From NCBI RefSeq assembly GCF_051105105.1, contig NZ_CP185339.1: a stretch of 64,000 nt of DNA. One strand, given 5' to 3'. Below the pieces are notes generated by a model. The model had not been told where the DNA came from. It searched no databases and worked only from the letters and a program-made list of their open reading frames with translations. Position 1 is the first letter of the stretch. Each line of letters starts with the position of its first letter. This document shows positions 28,110 to 37,839 of this stretch, one piece after another. Source of the DNA: Nannocystis pusilla (GTDB lineage: Bacteria; Myxococcota_A; Polyangia; Nannocystales; Nannocystaceae). The position numbers and the translations under genes were made by a program.

Positions 28110-28272
28110 AGGCGGTACCTCCGCGGGGGCTTCGCCTACTCTGCGGGCGGAAGATGCGCGGGTGTAATGCATACTTTGCGCGCTCGCGCAAACCCGCGAC
28201 CCCCGCCCACGACGTTTCTCCTATCGTTGCGAGATTTTCATGCCTGGCACGGAAGGCGCACTGGCACAGCGT

Positions 28273-29742
28273 TCAGCCAGTCGGCGCGTCATTCGGCGGC
28301 GGCGCCTCGCCCTCGCGGGGTGCCTCGGCCGGCGCCTGGCCGTCCGGCTGGCCTTCGGGCGGGACCTGACCGTCACCCTGGCCTTGCCCCTGACCGCCCT
28401 CCGGCTGCTGCACTTCCTCCATCGCCGGCGGCAGCGGCGGCGGCGGCACTTGCTCGGCCGGGCGCTCGTCTTGCCGCGCTTCGGGCTCCGGCTCGGGCGG
28501 CGGCGGCTGGGTCGACGGCGTCGGCGGCGGCTCGGCCGGACGCATCTCGGAGTCAGGCGTCTTCGCCGGCTCGCGCTCGGCCCCGCCGGTCTCGCCGGCG
28601 CCGACGCTCGGCAGCTCCGGCCCGTTGTTGCGCTCGAGCGCGTCCTTCTCCTCGGTCTTCTTCGTCGAACGCGACTTGGTGCGCGCCTTCTTGGCCGCCT
28701 CGCGCTCGGCGTTCTTCTGCCGCCGCTCGAGCATCCGCTCCTCGGCGGTCTTGGTCTTGATGCCCATGAAGCGCGGCTTGCCGACGGTGCCGCGCAGCTT
28801 GAAGCCAAGCCAGCCCTCGTCGGGCGGGTCCATCCGCGACGAGGGGCCAGCAGTCTGCACCGCGAAGCGCAGCGTCTCGCTCTTGTCTTGCAGCGCCTGC
28901 GTGACCAGCAGCTTCATCTGGAACGCGAACTCGGACTTCGAGAACGGATCCTTGAGCGGCATGTCGCCGGTGACCTCGAGCTCGATGTCTGCGCTCTTGG
29001 TCTTGAAGTCCTCGACGGTGGCCCGGCCCTCCGCCACCTTCAGCTTGCCGACCAGGGTGCCGAGGTCGATCTCGGGGATGGTGATGCCCTTGGCGGTGAT
29101 GCCCGACGAGCCGGGGATGAACAGCAGCTCCTCGCCGTCGCCGATCGAGCACGAGGCGCACTCGAGCGAGATCGACCCCTCGGCCTTCTCGAACAGGTTC
29201 TCCGGCATCGTCATGTCGACGTGCAGGGCGAACAGGCCGCGCAGCGGGGCGCCAAGCGCCTGCTGCAGCTTCGGCACCGAGCCGAGCGGCAGCTCGGTGA
29301 CCTCGATCTTGATGCTCGACTCGCTGCTGCTGCGCGCGTACTCGGCGTGGATCGGCGCCTCGTCGAGCACGGTGTCGACCTCGACGTTGATGTTGCCGAG
29401 CAGCAGGTACCCGAGGATCGAGAAGTCGACGTTGACCGCGTCGAGCACCATCTGGTGCGGGATCTGGCCCGGGTGCGACGGCGCGTACGTCCACGTGACG
29501 TTGTAGAGCGTCGCGCTGCCCCACGGCCGCACCGACATGTCCTCGATGTCGATGAGGTAGCCGGCCTGGCGCGCCTGGTGGCCGATCCGCCACGCGAGCG
29601 CGCGGGTCGGCAGGCTGATCCAGATGAAGGCGAAGAACACGAACACGGCCAGGAACACCCAGCCGGCGGAGCTGCGGAGGCGCCGCGAGAACAGGCGCAT
29701 GCGGTCGCCGAAGCCGCCGATCGGGGCGGCCGGCGCGACCAT
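28273..29742 (-). CDS. gspN: type II secretion system protein N-like (GspN), with a low-complexity P/E/Q-rich C-terminal tail
   Basis: It sits at the distal end of the gsp cluster. A single N-terminal TM segment (WVFLAVFVFFAFIWISL) is followed by a periplasmic domain. The assignment rests on position and architecture. Confidence 0.55.
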   Translation of the reverse strand: MVAPAAPIGGFGDRMRLFSRRLRSSAGWVFLAVFVFFAFIWISLPTRALAWRIGHQARQAGYLIDIEDMSVRPWGSATLYNVTWTYAPSHPGQIPHQMVLDAVNVDFSILGYLLLGNINVEVDTVLDEAPIHAEYARSSSESSIKIEVTELPLGSVPKLQQALGAPLRGLFALHVDMTMPENLFEKAEGSISLECASCSIGDGEELLFIPGSSGITAKGITIPEIDLGTLVGKLKVAEGRATVEDFKTKSADIELEVTGDMPLKDPFSKSEFAFQMKLLVTQALQDKSETLRFAVQTAGPSSRMDPPDEGWLGFKLRGTVGKPRFMGIKTKTAEERMLERRQKNAEREAAKKARTKSRSTKKTEEKDALERNNGPELPSVGAGETGGAEREPAKTPDSEMRPAEPPPTPSTQPPPPEPEPEARQDERPAEQVPPPPLPPAMEEVQQPEGGQGQGQGDGQVPPEGQPDGQAPAEAPREGEAPPPNDAPTG

Positions 29743-29816
29743 GGTGCCGCTCGCGGGCGGGGCCGCGGGCAGGTCGCCGCCGCGGCGGAGGCTGGCGAGG
29801 TTGGGCAGGCGGATCT

Positions 29817-30392
29817 TCACGACTCCCCCTCCTCGCCGCCCGGCACCGGCGCCGGCTCTTCGGGCTTCTGCAGCTGCCACGTCGCCAGCTCGACCTCCGC
29901 GTTGAGGCGATCCTCGAGCGCCGAGGGCGAGCGCAGCATCAGGCGCTCGACGAACAGGATGTTGCCCGGCTGACCCTCGAGCTTGGCGAGGAAGTTCAGC
30001 AGCTCCTCGAGCGCGACGTTGCGGACCTCGAACGCGACCACGCGCTTGGTCAGGCCCTTCTCCTCGTCGACCACCATCGACGGCCGCTCCTCCTCGCCGC
30101 GCAGCGTGCCGGTGACCAGGTCTTTCTGCGCCTCTTCGAGGAGGATCGAGAACACGATCGGCTGGGCGCTGGCGATCCTGCCCTCGCGCGCCTCCTTCTC
30201 CTTCTTCTCGGTGTCGTACGCGGTGCCCTTGGTGCGCACGAGGACGAGGGCCTCGCGCAGCTCGGCGATCTCGGCGCGGGCCGTGTCGAACGAGCTCTTG
30301 CGCATCATGTAGAGCACGCCGACGGCGGTGACGAAGAACACCAGCATCAGCACGCCGAGCAGCGCCCGCTCGCGCTGGTTGAAGCGGGACAT
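29817..30392 (-). CDS. gspM: type II secretion system protein M (GspM)
   Basis: MSRFNQRERALLGVLMLVFFVTAVGVLYM, a single TM segment plus a roughly 150-aa periplasmic domain, lying between gspL and gspN. Confidence 0.6.
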   Translation of the reverse strand: MSRFNQRERALLGVLMLVFFVTAVGVLYMMRKSSFDTARAEIAELREALVLVRTKGTAYDTEKKEKEAREGRIASAQPIVFSILLEEAQKDLVTGTLRGEEERPSMVVDEEKGLTKRVVAFEVRNVALEELLNFLAKLEGQPGNILFVERLMLRSPSALEDRLNAEVELATWQLQKPEEPAPVPGGEEGES

Positions 30393-30421
30393 GAACCCGA
30401 ACAGGGTAGTTTCGATGGCGC

Positions 30422-32176
30422 TCACGACTCGGTCTCCGTGCTGCTGTAGCAGTCGTGCTCGATGTTGGGGTCGAACACCTTCTTGGTGCCCTCGTCGCGC
30501 ACCTTGGCGACCTGGAACGGGATGACGCAGGGCAGCGTCTGCAGCAGCTTGTTCTTGAACCGCTCCTGCGCCGACGAGCGCGTGGCGGAGGCGCGGAACT
30601 GGATCGCCCGCGGCCGGATCTCGATCAGCGACAGCACGAACTCGTCGTCCCACACGACGCCCGCCGAGCCCTCGACCGAGGGCAGCTGCACCGGCGCTGT
30701 CGGCGTCGTCGCCGACGAGCTCTCGGCGTCGGGGCTGGCGCCCTCCTCCGCCACCATCGGCGTCGGCGCAGGCGCCGGCTTCGGGCCGGTCGGCGTGGCC
30801 GCCTTGACGAAGCCGGCGAGCACGTCGAGCGCGCCCCGCTGCGGGATGAGCTTGGTGATGTCGCGGCCGTCGACGGCGTTGAGGCGATCCTCGATCTCGG
30901 CCTTCGAGGTGAGCGCCTCGCCGAACACCTTGTGGCTGGCCTCGCCGAGCTCCTCCTCGTAGGCCGCGCGCTCCGACTCGAGCGCGCTCGAGCCGACCAC
31001 GGTGTCGACCACGCCGAACGCGAGGATCGCGAACCCGAGCGCGGCGACCGTGGCGATCCGCTCGGCGATCCAGCTGCCGTCGCCGCCGCGCTGGACGGTG
31101 GCGTCCTTGTGCAGCTGGATCAGCGGCCGACGGGCGCAGCCGACGGCGCCGCCGAGCGCGGCCGACATGGCCGTCCAGTCATGTCCCGCGAGACCTTTGA
31201 GCCCGAGGCTCTCGCGCGGGCGGGCGCGCTCGGTCGGCAGCCCGAGCTGCTCGGCCAGGTAGGCGTCGAGGCCGCGGAGGTTGGCGCCGCCGCCGGACAG
31301 GCGCAGCTGCACGACCTCGGCGGAGAACTCGGCCCGCAGCCACATGCGCGTGTGCTCGATCTCCCGCACCACCGGCTCGAGCGCGCGGGCCACGATCGTC
31401 GCCGACTCGAGCTGCTCCGCCGACAGGTCGCCCTGGCCGCGGTGCGGCAGGAACGCGTTGTCGCGCTTGGCCGCCTCGGCCTCGGCGTCGCTGAGCTGGT
31501 AGCGCTGCTGCAGCGCACGAGTGACGTGCACGCCGCCGCGGCGGAGCATGCGGGCCGCGAGCGGACCCTTGGCGCCGAAGGCCACCAGGTCGGTGGTCGC
31601 GTGGCCGATGTCGAGGCCGAGCACCACCGGCGTGCGCGACTCGGCCGGCGCGCCCTTGGTCGGCTCGGGCAGGTCGGCGGTGAGCACCTGCGCGGTCGCC
31701 AGGACGTTGACGGTGATGAGCTTGACGTCGATCGTCGCCGCCTTGAACGCGGCCTGGACCTGGTCGACGGCGGAGCGGCGGACCGCGACCGCGAGGGCCT
31801 GGCCGCCGCCGCCGGGGACGGTCGCGGGCACGTGGTCGAGCTCGAGGTTCTCGAGCGGGACCGGGAACTGGCCCTCGGCCTCGAACGCGATCGCCTGGGC
31901 GATCCGGCGCGGGTCGCTGAACGGGAACTTGAACACGCGATAGGCCGCGAAGCTGCCGGGCAGCACCACGCCGATCGGGTAGTGGTTCCAGCCGCGGCGG
32001 CGCAGCACGGCGATGCCGATGTCGAGCGCGGCGGCCAGCGAGGTGTCGCCCTGCGGCGTGAGCGTCACCGGCTCGACGACCGTCTCGAGCACCTGGATGG
32101 TGCGCAGGCCGGCGTTGATGAGCACGGCCTTGACTTCGGAGGTTCCGAGGTCGAGTCCTACGTACTTCTGAGCCAC
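30422..32176 (-). CDS. gspL: type II secretion system protein L (GspL)
   Basis: The N-terminal actin-like fold VGLDLGTSEVKAV (PilM/GspL cytoplasmic domain), a mid-protein TM segment and a periplasmic C-terminus. The start is a GTG. Confidence 0.7.
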   Translation of the reverse strand: MAQKYVGLDLGTSEVKAVLINAGLRTIQVLETVVEPVTLTPQGDTSLAAALDIGIAVLRRRGWNHYPIGVVLPGSFAAYRVFKFPFSDPRRIAQAIAFEAEGQFPVPLENLELDHVPATVPGGGGQALAVAVRRSAVDQVQAAFKAATIDVKLITVNVLATAQVLTADLPEPTKGAPAESRTPVVLGLDIGHATTDLVAFGAKGPLAARMLRRGGVHVTRALQQRYQLSDAEAEAAKRDNAFLPHRGQGDLSAEQLESATIVARALEPVVREIEHTRMWLRAEFSAEVVQLRLSGGGANLRGLDAYLAEQLGLPTERARPRESLGLKGLAGHDWTAMSAALGGAVGCARRPLIQLHKDATVQRGGDGSWIAERIATVAALGFAILAFGVVDTVVGSSALESERAAYEEELGEASHKVFGEALTSKAEIEDRLNAVDGRDITKLIPQRGALDVLAGFVKAATPTGPKPAPAPTPMVAEEGASPDAESSSATTPTAPVQLPSVEGSAGVVWDDEFVLSLIEIRPRAIQFRASATRSSAQERFKNKLLQTLPCVIPFQVAKVRDEGTKKVFDPNIEHDCYSSTETES

Positions 32177-32216
32177 GTGCGGCAGTCCTTGCGGTTGAAG
32201 ATGGGAGCCATGGAGA

Positions 32217-33587
32217 TCAGTCCTCGCGCAGGTAGAGCCACGCGCCGGTGCCCTTCGCGCCCTCGCTGCGGACGAACTGCATGTCGTAGATGGCCGTGAG
32301 GCGCTTCTTGACCGCGCCGACCTCGGCGATGATCTCGATGCGGTAGACCCGCTCGGGGGCGATGGTGGCGATGTCGCTGAGGCCGCCGAGCTGCTCGCCC
32401 GAGCTCTTGTCCTCCTCGCTGTTCTCGCGGATGGTCATGCCCTCGGGGATGCGCGGCAGGTTGGCCCGATTGAGCGCCTGCCCGGCCGCACCGCCGCCGC
32501 CGAGCGCGGCCAGCGGGTTCATGAACTTGTCGGGCTTCTCGACGAACTCCTTGAACGCCTTCATGTCGGCGAACAGGCTCATCGTCCGCGTGTCGACCAC
32601 GTAGCGGGCCAGCGGCAGCGTCTTGATCAGGAAGTTCTCGCCCTCGGTCTTCCACTTGTCCTCTTCGGTGACCGAGTGACGCAGCACCAGCGCGATCTGG
32701 TCGGCGCTGGCGAAGTTGAGGTTGACCTTGCAGCCGCCGTAGACGGTGAGGTCGGCGGCGATCGCCGTCATCAGGTCGTCGTCGACGCCCTGGACCAGGT
32801 GCAGCTCCTCGACGCTGTCGATCCGGGCGTTGCGCGGCTGGTACGGGTCGAAGATCTCGGTGTAGCGGTAGCGCTCCTGCGTCGACGACGACGCCAGCTT
32901 GACCATGTCCCAGGCCTTGTTGTCCTCGTCGATGTAATCGACGATCGCCTTGATGACGTTGGCCCGGGTGTAGCGCTGACCGTCGCCCTTCTCCTCGTCG
33001 AACAGCGGGTCGTAGAGCGTCGGCATCAGCATCGCCTCGAGCGTCTCGACGGTGCGCGCCTGCGGGTTGTCCTTGCCCTGCCCGGTCCCCGCCAGGCAGT
33101 TGACGTTGAGCTTGCCGCTCTCGGCCTCGACGCGGATCTCGAAGCCGCCGTGGTCGATGGCGAGATCCTTGAAGGTCGAGTTGTCGAGGCCGACCAGGCC
33201 CGAGATCGCCTCGTGGCCGTCCTTCGAGCCGAACGCCGACATCAGGTACGGCGCGACCTGGGTGATGTCCCAGGTGCCGAGCATCTGCCGGAACTGCTTC
33301 TGGTTGAACACCATGCGCTGCAGCTCGAACAGCAGCAGCGACAGGCGCATCCCGCCGCGGGTCAGGTTGCGCGCCGAGATCTCGTCGCGCAGGTTGACCG
33401 CGGCCTGCCAGTCGACGCGCGTGGTGTAGCTGAACGCGGCGGTGAACGGCAGCAGCACCGCGATGCAGGCCAGCACCATCAGCAGGGCGATGCCGTGCTC
33501 CTTGCCGCCGCCGCGCCGACGCGCCGCGCCGGACCTGGCCGGACGGACATGTGGCTTGGGCTTGGCGGTGTCGGCGTGAGCGGTCAC
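32217..33587 (-). CDS. gspK: type II secretion system minor pseudopilin K (GspK)
   Basis: 456 aa. An N-terminal hydrophobic segment (GIALLMVLACIAVLLPF) is followed by the large GspK alpha-domain. Confidence 0.75.
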   Translation of the reverse strand: MTAHADTAKPKPHVRPARSGAARRRGGGKEHGIALLMVLACIAVLLPFTAAFSYTTRVDWQAAVNLRDEISARNLTRGGMRLSLLLFELQRMVFNQKQFRQMLGTWDITQVAPYLMSAFGSKDGHEAISGLVGLDNSTFKDLAIDHGGFEIRVEAESGKLNVNCLAGTGQGKDNPQARTVETLEAMLMPTLYDPLFDEEKGDGQRYTRANVIKAIVDYIDEDNKAWDMVKLASSSTQERYRYTEIFDPYQPRNARIDSVEELHLVQGVDDDLMTAIAADLTVYGGCKVNLNFASADQIALVLRHSVTEEDKWKTEGENFLIKTLPLARYVVDTRTMSLFADMKAFKEFVEKPDKFMNPLAALGGGGAAGQALNRANLPRIPEGMTIRENSEEDKSSGEQLGGLSDIATIAPERVYRIEIIAEVGAVKKRLTAIYDMQFVRSEGAKGTGAWLYLRED

Positions 33588-33599
33588 GGGCGGGGCCTT

Positions 33600-34326
33600 T
33601 CAGCGGGAGAAGTCGATGCGCTCCTGCATCGGGATGAGGGTCTGGGTGACGTACTTGACCTCCTTGCCGAGGTCCGCGTCCCACACACCGAGGGTGATCT
33701 TGACGCGCTCGGGCAGGCGGTTGGGCTGCATGTCCTGCTTCATCGTGCGCCACTCGTCGCGCCACTCGATGCGCTTGACGTCCCAGTACTTGACGTCGAA
33801 CGACTTGATGTCCTCGCAGAACACGTAGGCCGGCCACCACTCCTCCATCTTCTCCGGGCGGTCGGCCATCAGCCGCCGCGTCTCGCGCTTGTAGAGGTGC
33901 GTGCGGTTGGCGTCGTTCGGGTCCTTGTAGAGGAAGTACTGGATGACCGACTGGTCGCTCTCGTTGGCGTCCTTGCGCATGCGGATGTGGGCGAACGCGG
34001 AGAACGTGAGGCTGTCGGCGTTGAACTCGTCGCGGCCCTCGAACAGCGTGTAGTGCAGTTCATCGCCGGCGGGACGGTTGTGCGACAGGTACGCCAGCGA
34101 GATCTCGGTGCCCATGCGCGCCAGGCAGTTGCGCAGCACCGCGTACTTCTGCTGGGTCTTCTCCGCCGAACGCATGCTCTGCGCCGTCGTGCTGAAGCTG
34201 GCGTAGACCGAGGCGGTCATCATCGTCATCATCGCCACCGCGACGAGGATCTCGATCAGCGACAGGCCGCGCTGGCGGGCTGTCCGCGAGGACATGGTCG
34301 GAACGACATGGCCGATGGTACTCATC
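33600..34326 (-). CDS. gspJ: type II secretion system minor pseudopilin J (GspJ)
   Basis: Prepilin-type N-terminus RGLSLIEILVAVAMM. Its ATG overlaps the gspI stop (ATGA). Confidence 0.7.
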
Positions 34327-35086
34327 GCTTCCCTCCCATGCCCATGCTCGCGCCCGGCCCCGTGGCGCCCGTCTGGCGCCCGCCGGCCGGCTGCGCCCCG
34401 GCGCCGGTGCCGGTCCCTGTGCCGGTCCCGGTCCCGCCGCCCTGCGGCTTCTCGTCGCCGAGGTCGCCCTCCTTCGCCTCGCCGCCGAGGCCAGGCAGCT
34501 GCTTGAGCTTCTCCGGGTCGGCCCAGAAGGTGTTGACGATGAACTCCTCGTCGAGGTTGCCGTTCTTCCACTTGACCGTGCACTTGACCTTGCGGATCGA
34601 GCGCTCGATCGCCTGCTTGACCGGGGTCCAGACCATGCCGAGCGCCGTGAACGCCTGATCGGCGGCGCTGCGGTAGTACATGCTGCTCTCGCCGCGGTTG
34701 GCCCGATCGGTGTCGTCCTTGGCCGCGCGCAGCTCGGTGAACTCCGGCAGCTTGAGGAAGTCGACGATGCACTTGTACTTGACGTCGGGCCAGCCCTGGT
34801 CGGCGAAGGTGCCCTCGTAGAACTTGTCCTCGAGCACCCAGCCGCCCTCCTTGCGGACGATGTACTCGGTCTCGATCAGCTGGTAGTCGGCGAGGAACGC
34901 CACCGAGGTGATGGTCTGGGCGTAGCGAGTGGCCCGCAGGCTGGCCATCTGCGACGTCAGCATCGAGGTCAGCGACAGCGCCAGCACGGCCATGGCGATC
35001 ATGACCTCGAGCAGGGTGAAGCCCGCCGCGGCGTAGCGCTGCTCGGGCGGCCGCAGCCGCGGGCGCTTGGTGTCGGGCGAGGTCAT
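34322..35086 (-). CDS. gspI: type II secretion system minor pseudopilin I (GspI)
   Basis: Prepilin N-terminus AGFTLLEVMIAMAVLA. It has a Gly/Thr-rich C-terminal tail. Confidence 0.65.
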   Translation of the reverse strand: MTSPDTKRPRLRPPEQRYAAAGFTLLEVMIAMAVLALSLTSMLTSQMASLRATRYAQTITSVAFLADYQLIETEYIVRKEGGWVLEDKFYEGTFADQGWPDVKYKCIVDFLKLPEFTELRAAKDDTDRANRGESSMYYRSAADQAFTALGMVWTPVKQAIERSIRKVKCTVKWKNGNLDEEFIVNTFWADPEKLKQLPGLGGEAKEGDLGDEKPQGGGTGTGTGTGTGAGAQPAGGRQTGATGPGASMGMGGKR

Positions 35087-35087
35087 G

Positions 35088-36080
35088 TCAGAACGCCCTC
35101 CGGTTCATCTTCTTGCCGAGGTCGTCGCGGATGGAGGTCGGGTCCTCGGGCAGCGCCAGGTCGATGTGGCCCTCCTTGACCTCGACCCGGCCGGTCAGCG
35201 GCTTGACGATGATGGTGAACTCGTTCTCCGGGTTGGCGACCTCTTGCACGTGGATGTGCGCCAGCTGGGTGTGACCCTGCGGGAAGAAGTAGAGGCTCGC
35301 CTCGCCCTTGGTGATCGGCTTGAGGTCCTCGGCGGTGCGCACGGCGATGACCTTGACCTCGGGCGGGAACTTGAACGGCTTGCGCAGCTCCGACAGGCTG
35401 TTGTCGTCCTCGAAGGCGCCGAAGATCGGCGGCTTGCGCCGCGGGACCTTCTTCGGCGGCGTGATGTACTTGTCGAGCGACTGGGTCGGAGACGGCGTGG
35501 TGCCCGGCTTGGCCGCGCCGGCCGCGGCAGGCTGCCCGGGCGCGCCCGGCGTGCCGGCCTTCGTCGGCTGTCCCGGAGTGCCTGTCCCCTGGGCCACGCT
35601 CGCCATCGGCTGCCCGAGCGGGCCCATGGTCTGGCCCGGCTTGCCGACCGGCGCGCCCTTGACGGCGTCGAGGACGCGCGCCTGCAGCGACCGGTTGTAG
35701 TTCTCCTCGGCCCGCTTGTCCCGCTCCTCGCGCTCCTTCACCTTGCCCGGGTCGATGACGACGATCCGGCCGTAGCGGTCGGTCGCGGGCAAGTACATGC
35801 GGTCGTCGCCGCGCTGCATGGTGAAGGAGTTCTTGTCGATGTCGATGAGGAGGCGGTAGTAGGTGCCGGTGACGCGGGCCTTGTTGTAGGCGAAGCGGAT
35901 CGTGTTGGCGAGCTGGTTGGTGACGCGGGCCACCTGCGCCTGCTTGCTGGCGCCGAGGCCGGTGATCACCGAGCCGATCAGCAGCGCGAGGATCCCCATG
36001 ACGACGAGGACCTCGATCAGCGTGAAGCCGAGGCTCCCTCGCCGCCCGCGCGCTGCTGTATGTCGACTCCGCATCGTCAT
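35088..36080 (-). CDS. gspH: type II secretion system pseudopilin H-like (GspH), with a Pro/Gly-rich insert
   Basis: Prepilin N-terminus LGFTLIEVLVVMGILALL. Position is between gspG and gspI. Confidence 0.6.
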   Translation of the reverse strand: MTMRSRHTAARGRRGSLGFTLIEVLVVMGILALLIGSVITGLGASKQAQVARVTNQLANTIRFAYNKARVTGTYYRLLIDIDKNSFTMQRGDDRMYLPATDRYGRIVVIDPGKVKEREERDKRAEENYNRSLQARVLDAVKGAPVGKPGQTMGPLGQPMASVAQGTGTPGQPTKAGTPGAPGQPAAAGAAKPGTTPSPTQSLDKYITPPKKVPRRKPPIFGAFEDDNSLSELRKPFKFPPEVKVIAVRTAEDLKPITKGEASLYFFPQGHTQLAHIHVQEVANPENEFTIIVKPLTGRVEVKEGHIDLALPEDPTSIRDDLGKKMNRRAF

Positions 36081-36121
36081 GACGATCCTCGCGGCAGAGA
36101 ACGATCGGGGCTAGCGCCCGA

Positions 36122-36568
36122 TCACTTCTTCTCCTCCTTGGCGGCCTCGATCTCCTTCGGGTCCTCCCAGCTGTTGACGTTGTCGCCGCCGGACGGCTTC
36201 TTGTCGGGGCCGTTGGAGGTGACGTTGACCGGGCCGTGCTGACCGGGGCAGACGATGACGTACTCCTCGCCCCACGGGTCCTTCTTGACGCGCGCCGTCA
36301 CGCCGGCGGCCTTGAGGTCCGCCATGCTCTTCGGGCACTTGTCGTTCTTCTGCAGCATGTACTGCTCGCTGAGCTTCTGGATCTCGACCACCTCGTTGTA
36401 GGCGACCTTGACCTTCGAGTCCGAGAGCGCGTTGAAGGCGACGACGCTGACGCCGCCGACGATGAGGCCGATGATCGCCAGCACGACGAGGATCTCGATC
36501 AGCGTCATGCCGCGGCTCTGACGGCGGCGGCGGACGGCCTGGCGGACGGTGTGAAGTTGCGGATTCAT
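36122..36568 (-). CDS. gspG: type II secretion system major pseudopilin G (GspG)
   Basis: RGMTLIEILVVLAIIGLIVG, the prepilin peptidase site and N-methylation motif. The protein is 148 aa. Confidence 0.85.
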   Translation of the reverse strand: MNPQLHTVRQAVRRRRQSRGMTLIEILVVLAIIGLIVGGVSVVAFNALSDSKVKVAYNEVVEIQKLSEQYMLQKNDKCPKSMADLKAAGVTARVKKDPWGEEYVIVCPGQHGPVNVTSNGPDKKPSGGDNVNSWEDPKEIEAAKEEKK

Positions 36569-36594
36569 GGGTGGTCTCTCCTGAGGTACTCGGG

Positions 36595-37833
36595 CTACTG
36601 CGCGGCCATTTCGTTGAGCATCATGATCGGCTGCATGATCGAGAACACGATAAAGCCGACGCTGCCGCCCATGAGCACGATCATGAGAGGCTCCAGCAGC
36701 GCGGTCATGCGCGTGAGCGCGGTGTTGACCTCGCGGTCGTAGGCGTTGGCGACGTTGGTGAGCATCTGCTCGAGCTGGCCGGAGCGCTCACCGACCGAGA
36801 TCATGTGCGTCACCAGGGCCGGGAACTGGCCGCTGCGCTTGAGCGCCGGGGCGATGCCCTCGCCCTCGCGGATGTTGTCGCGGGCGGTGGCGACGACCTT
36901 CTCGAGCACCCAGTTGCCGAGCAGCGCCCGCACGATGTCGAGCGCCGCGAGCAGCTGCACGCCGCTGGCGAGCATGGTCGCAAGTGTACGGGCGAACCGC
37001 GCGATCGCCAGCTTGCGCGCGAGGTCGCCGATGATCGGCAGCTTGAGCAGGATGGTGTCGCCGGTCGCGCGGCCGATGTCGGTCTTGCGCCAGCGGCGGA
37101 ACAGCCAGCCGGCGGCGAAGAAGCCGACGATGATCATGAACCACCAGGCGGCGATGAAGTCGCTGAGCCAGATCAGGAACGCGGTGTTCCACGGCAGCTG
37201 GGCGTTCATGCCCTCGAACATCTCCGTGATCTGCGGGACCACGTTGAGCATCAGCATCGTGATGATGCCGCCCGACAGCACGGTCATGATCGCCGGGTAG
37301 ATCATCGCCGAGGTGACCTTGCCCTTCAGCTCCTCCTGCTGATCCATGAAGTCGGCGATGCGCAGGAGCACGGTCTCGAGCGAGCCGGACGCCTCGCCCG
37401 CGCGGACCATGTTGATGAACAGCGGCTGGAACACGTCGGGGTAACGGGCGCAGGCGTCGGCCAGCGAGCTGCCCTCGTTCACCTTGTTGGCGATGTCGCT
37501 GAGGATGCCCTTGAGCCGCCGGCTCTCGCTCTGCTCGGTGATCGCCGACAGCGACTCGGGCAGCGTGACGCCGGCGCACAGCAGGGTGGCCAGCAGCCGC
37601 GTGGTGCGCGAGACCGTCTTCTGCGAGATACGGTCGAACAGCGCCCCGAGGTCGACCTCGCGGCCGCCCGCCCCGCCCGCGGCCGCCACCTGCGCCGTGG
37701 TCTCGCTGACCGCGGTGAGGAAGATGCCGGCGCGCTTGAGGTTGGCCTTGAGCGCGGCGACCGTGTCGGCCGACTCGACGCCCTTGACCGTCTTGCCGTC
37801 CTTGCGCAGGCCCGTGTACGCGAACGCCGGCAT
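36595..37833 (-). CDS. gspF: type II secretion system inner-membrane platform protein F (GspF)
   Basis: 412 aa with the duplicated GspF/PilC cytoplasmic domains and three TM segments. Confidence 0.85.
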   Translation of the reverse strand: MPAFAYTGLRKDGKTVKGVESADTVAALKANLKRAGIFLTAVSETTAQVAAAGGAGGREVDLGALFDRISQKTVSRTTRLLATLLCAGVTLPESLSAITEQSESRRLKGILSDIANKVNEGSSLADACARYPDVFQPLFINMVRAGEASGSLETVLLRIADFMDQQEELKGKVTSAMIYPAIMTVLSGGIITMLMLNVVPQITEMFEGMNAQLPWNTAFLIWLSDFIAAWWFMIIVGFFAAGWLFRRWRKTDIGRATGDTILLKLPIIGDLARKLAIARFARTLATMLASGVQLLAALDIVRALLGNWVLEKVVATARDNIREGEGIAPALKRSGQFPALVTHMISVGERSGQLEQMLTNVANAYDREVNTALTRMTALLEPLMIVLMGGSVGFIVFSIMQPIMMLNEMAAQ

Positions 37834-37839
37834 GCTTCG

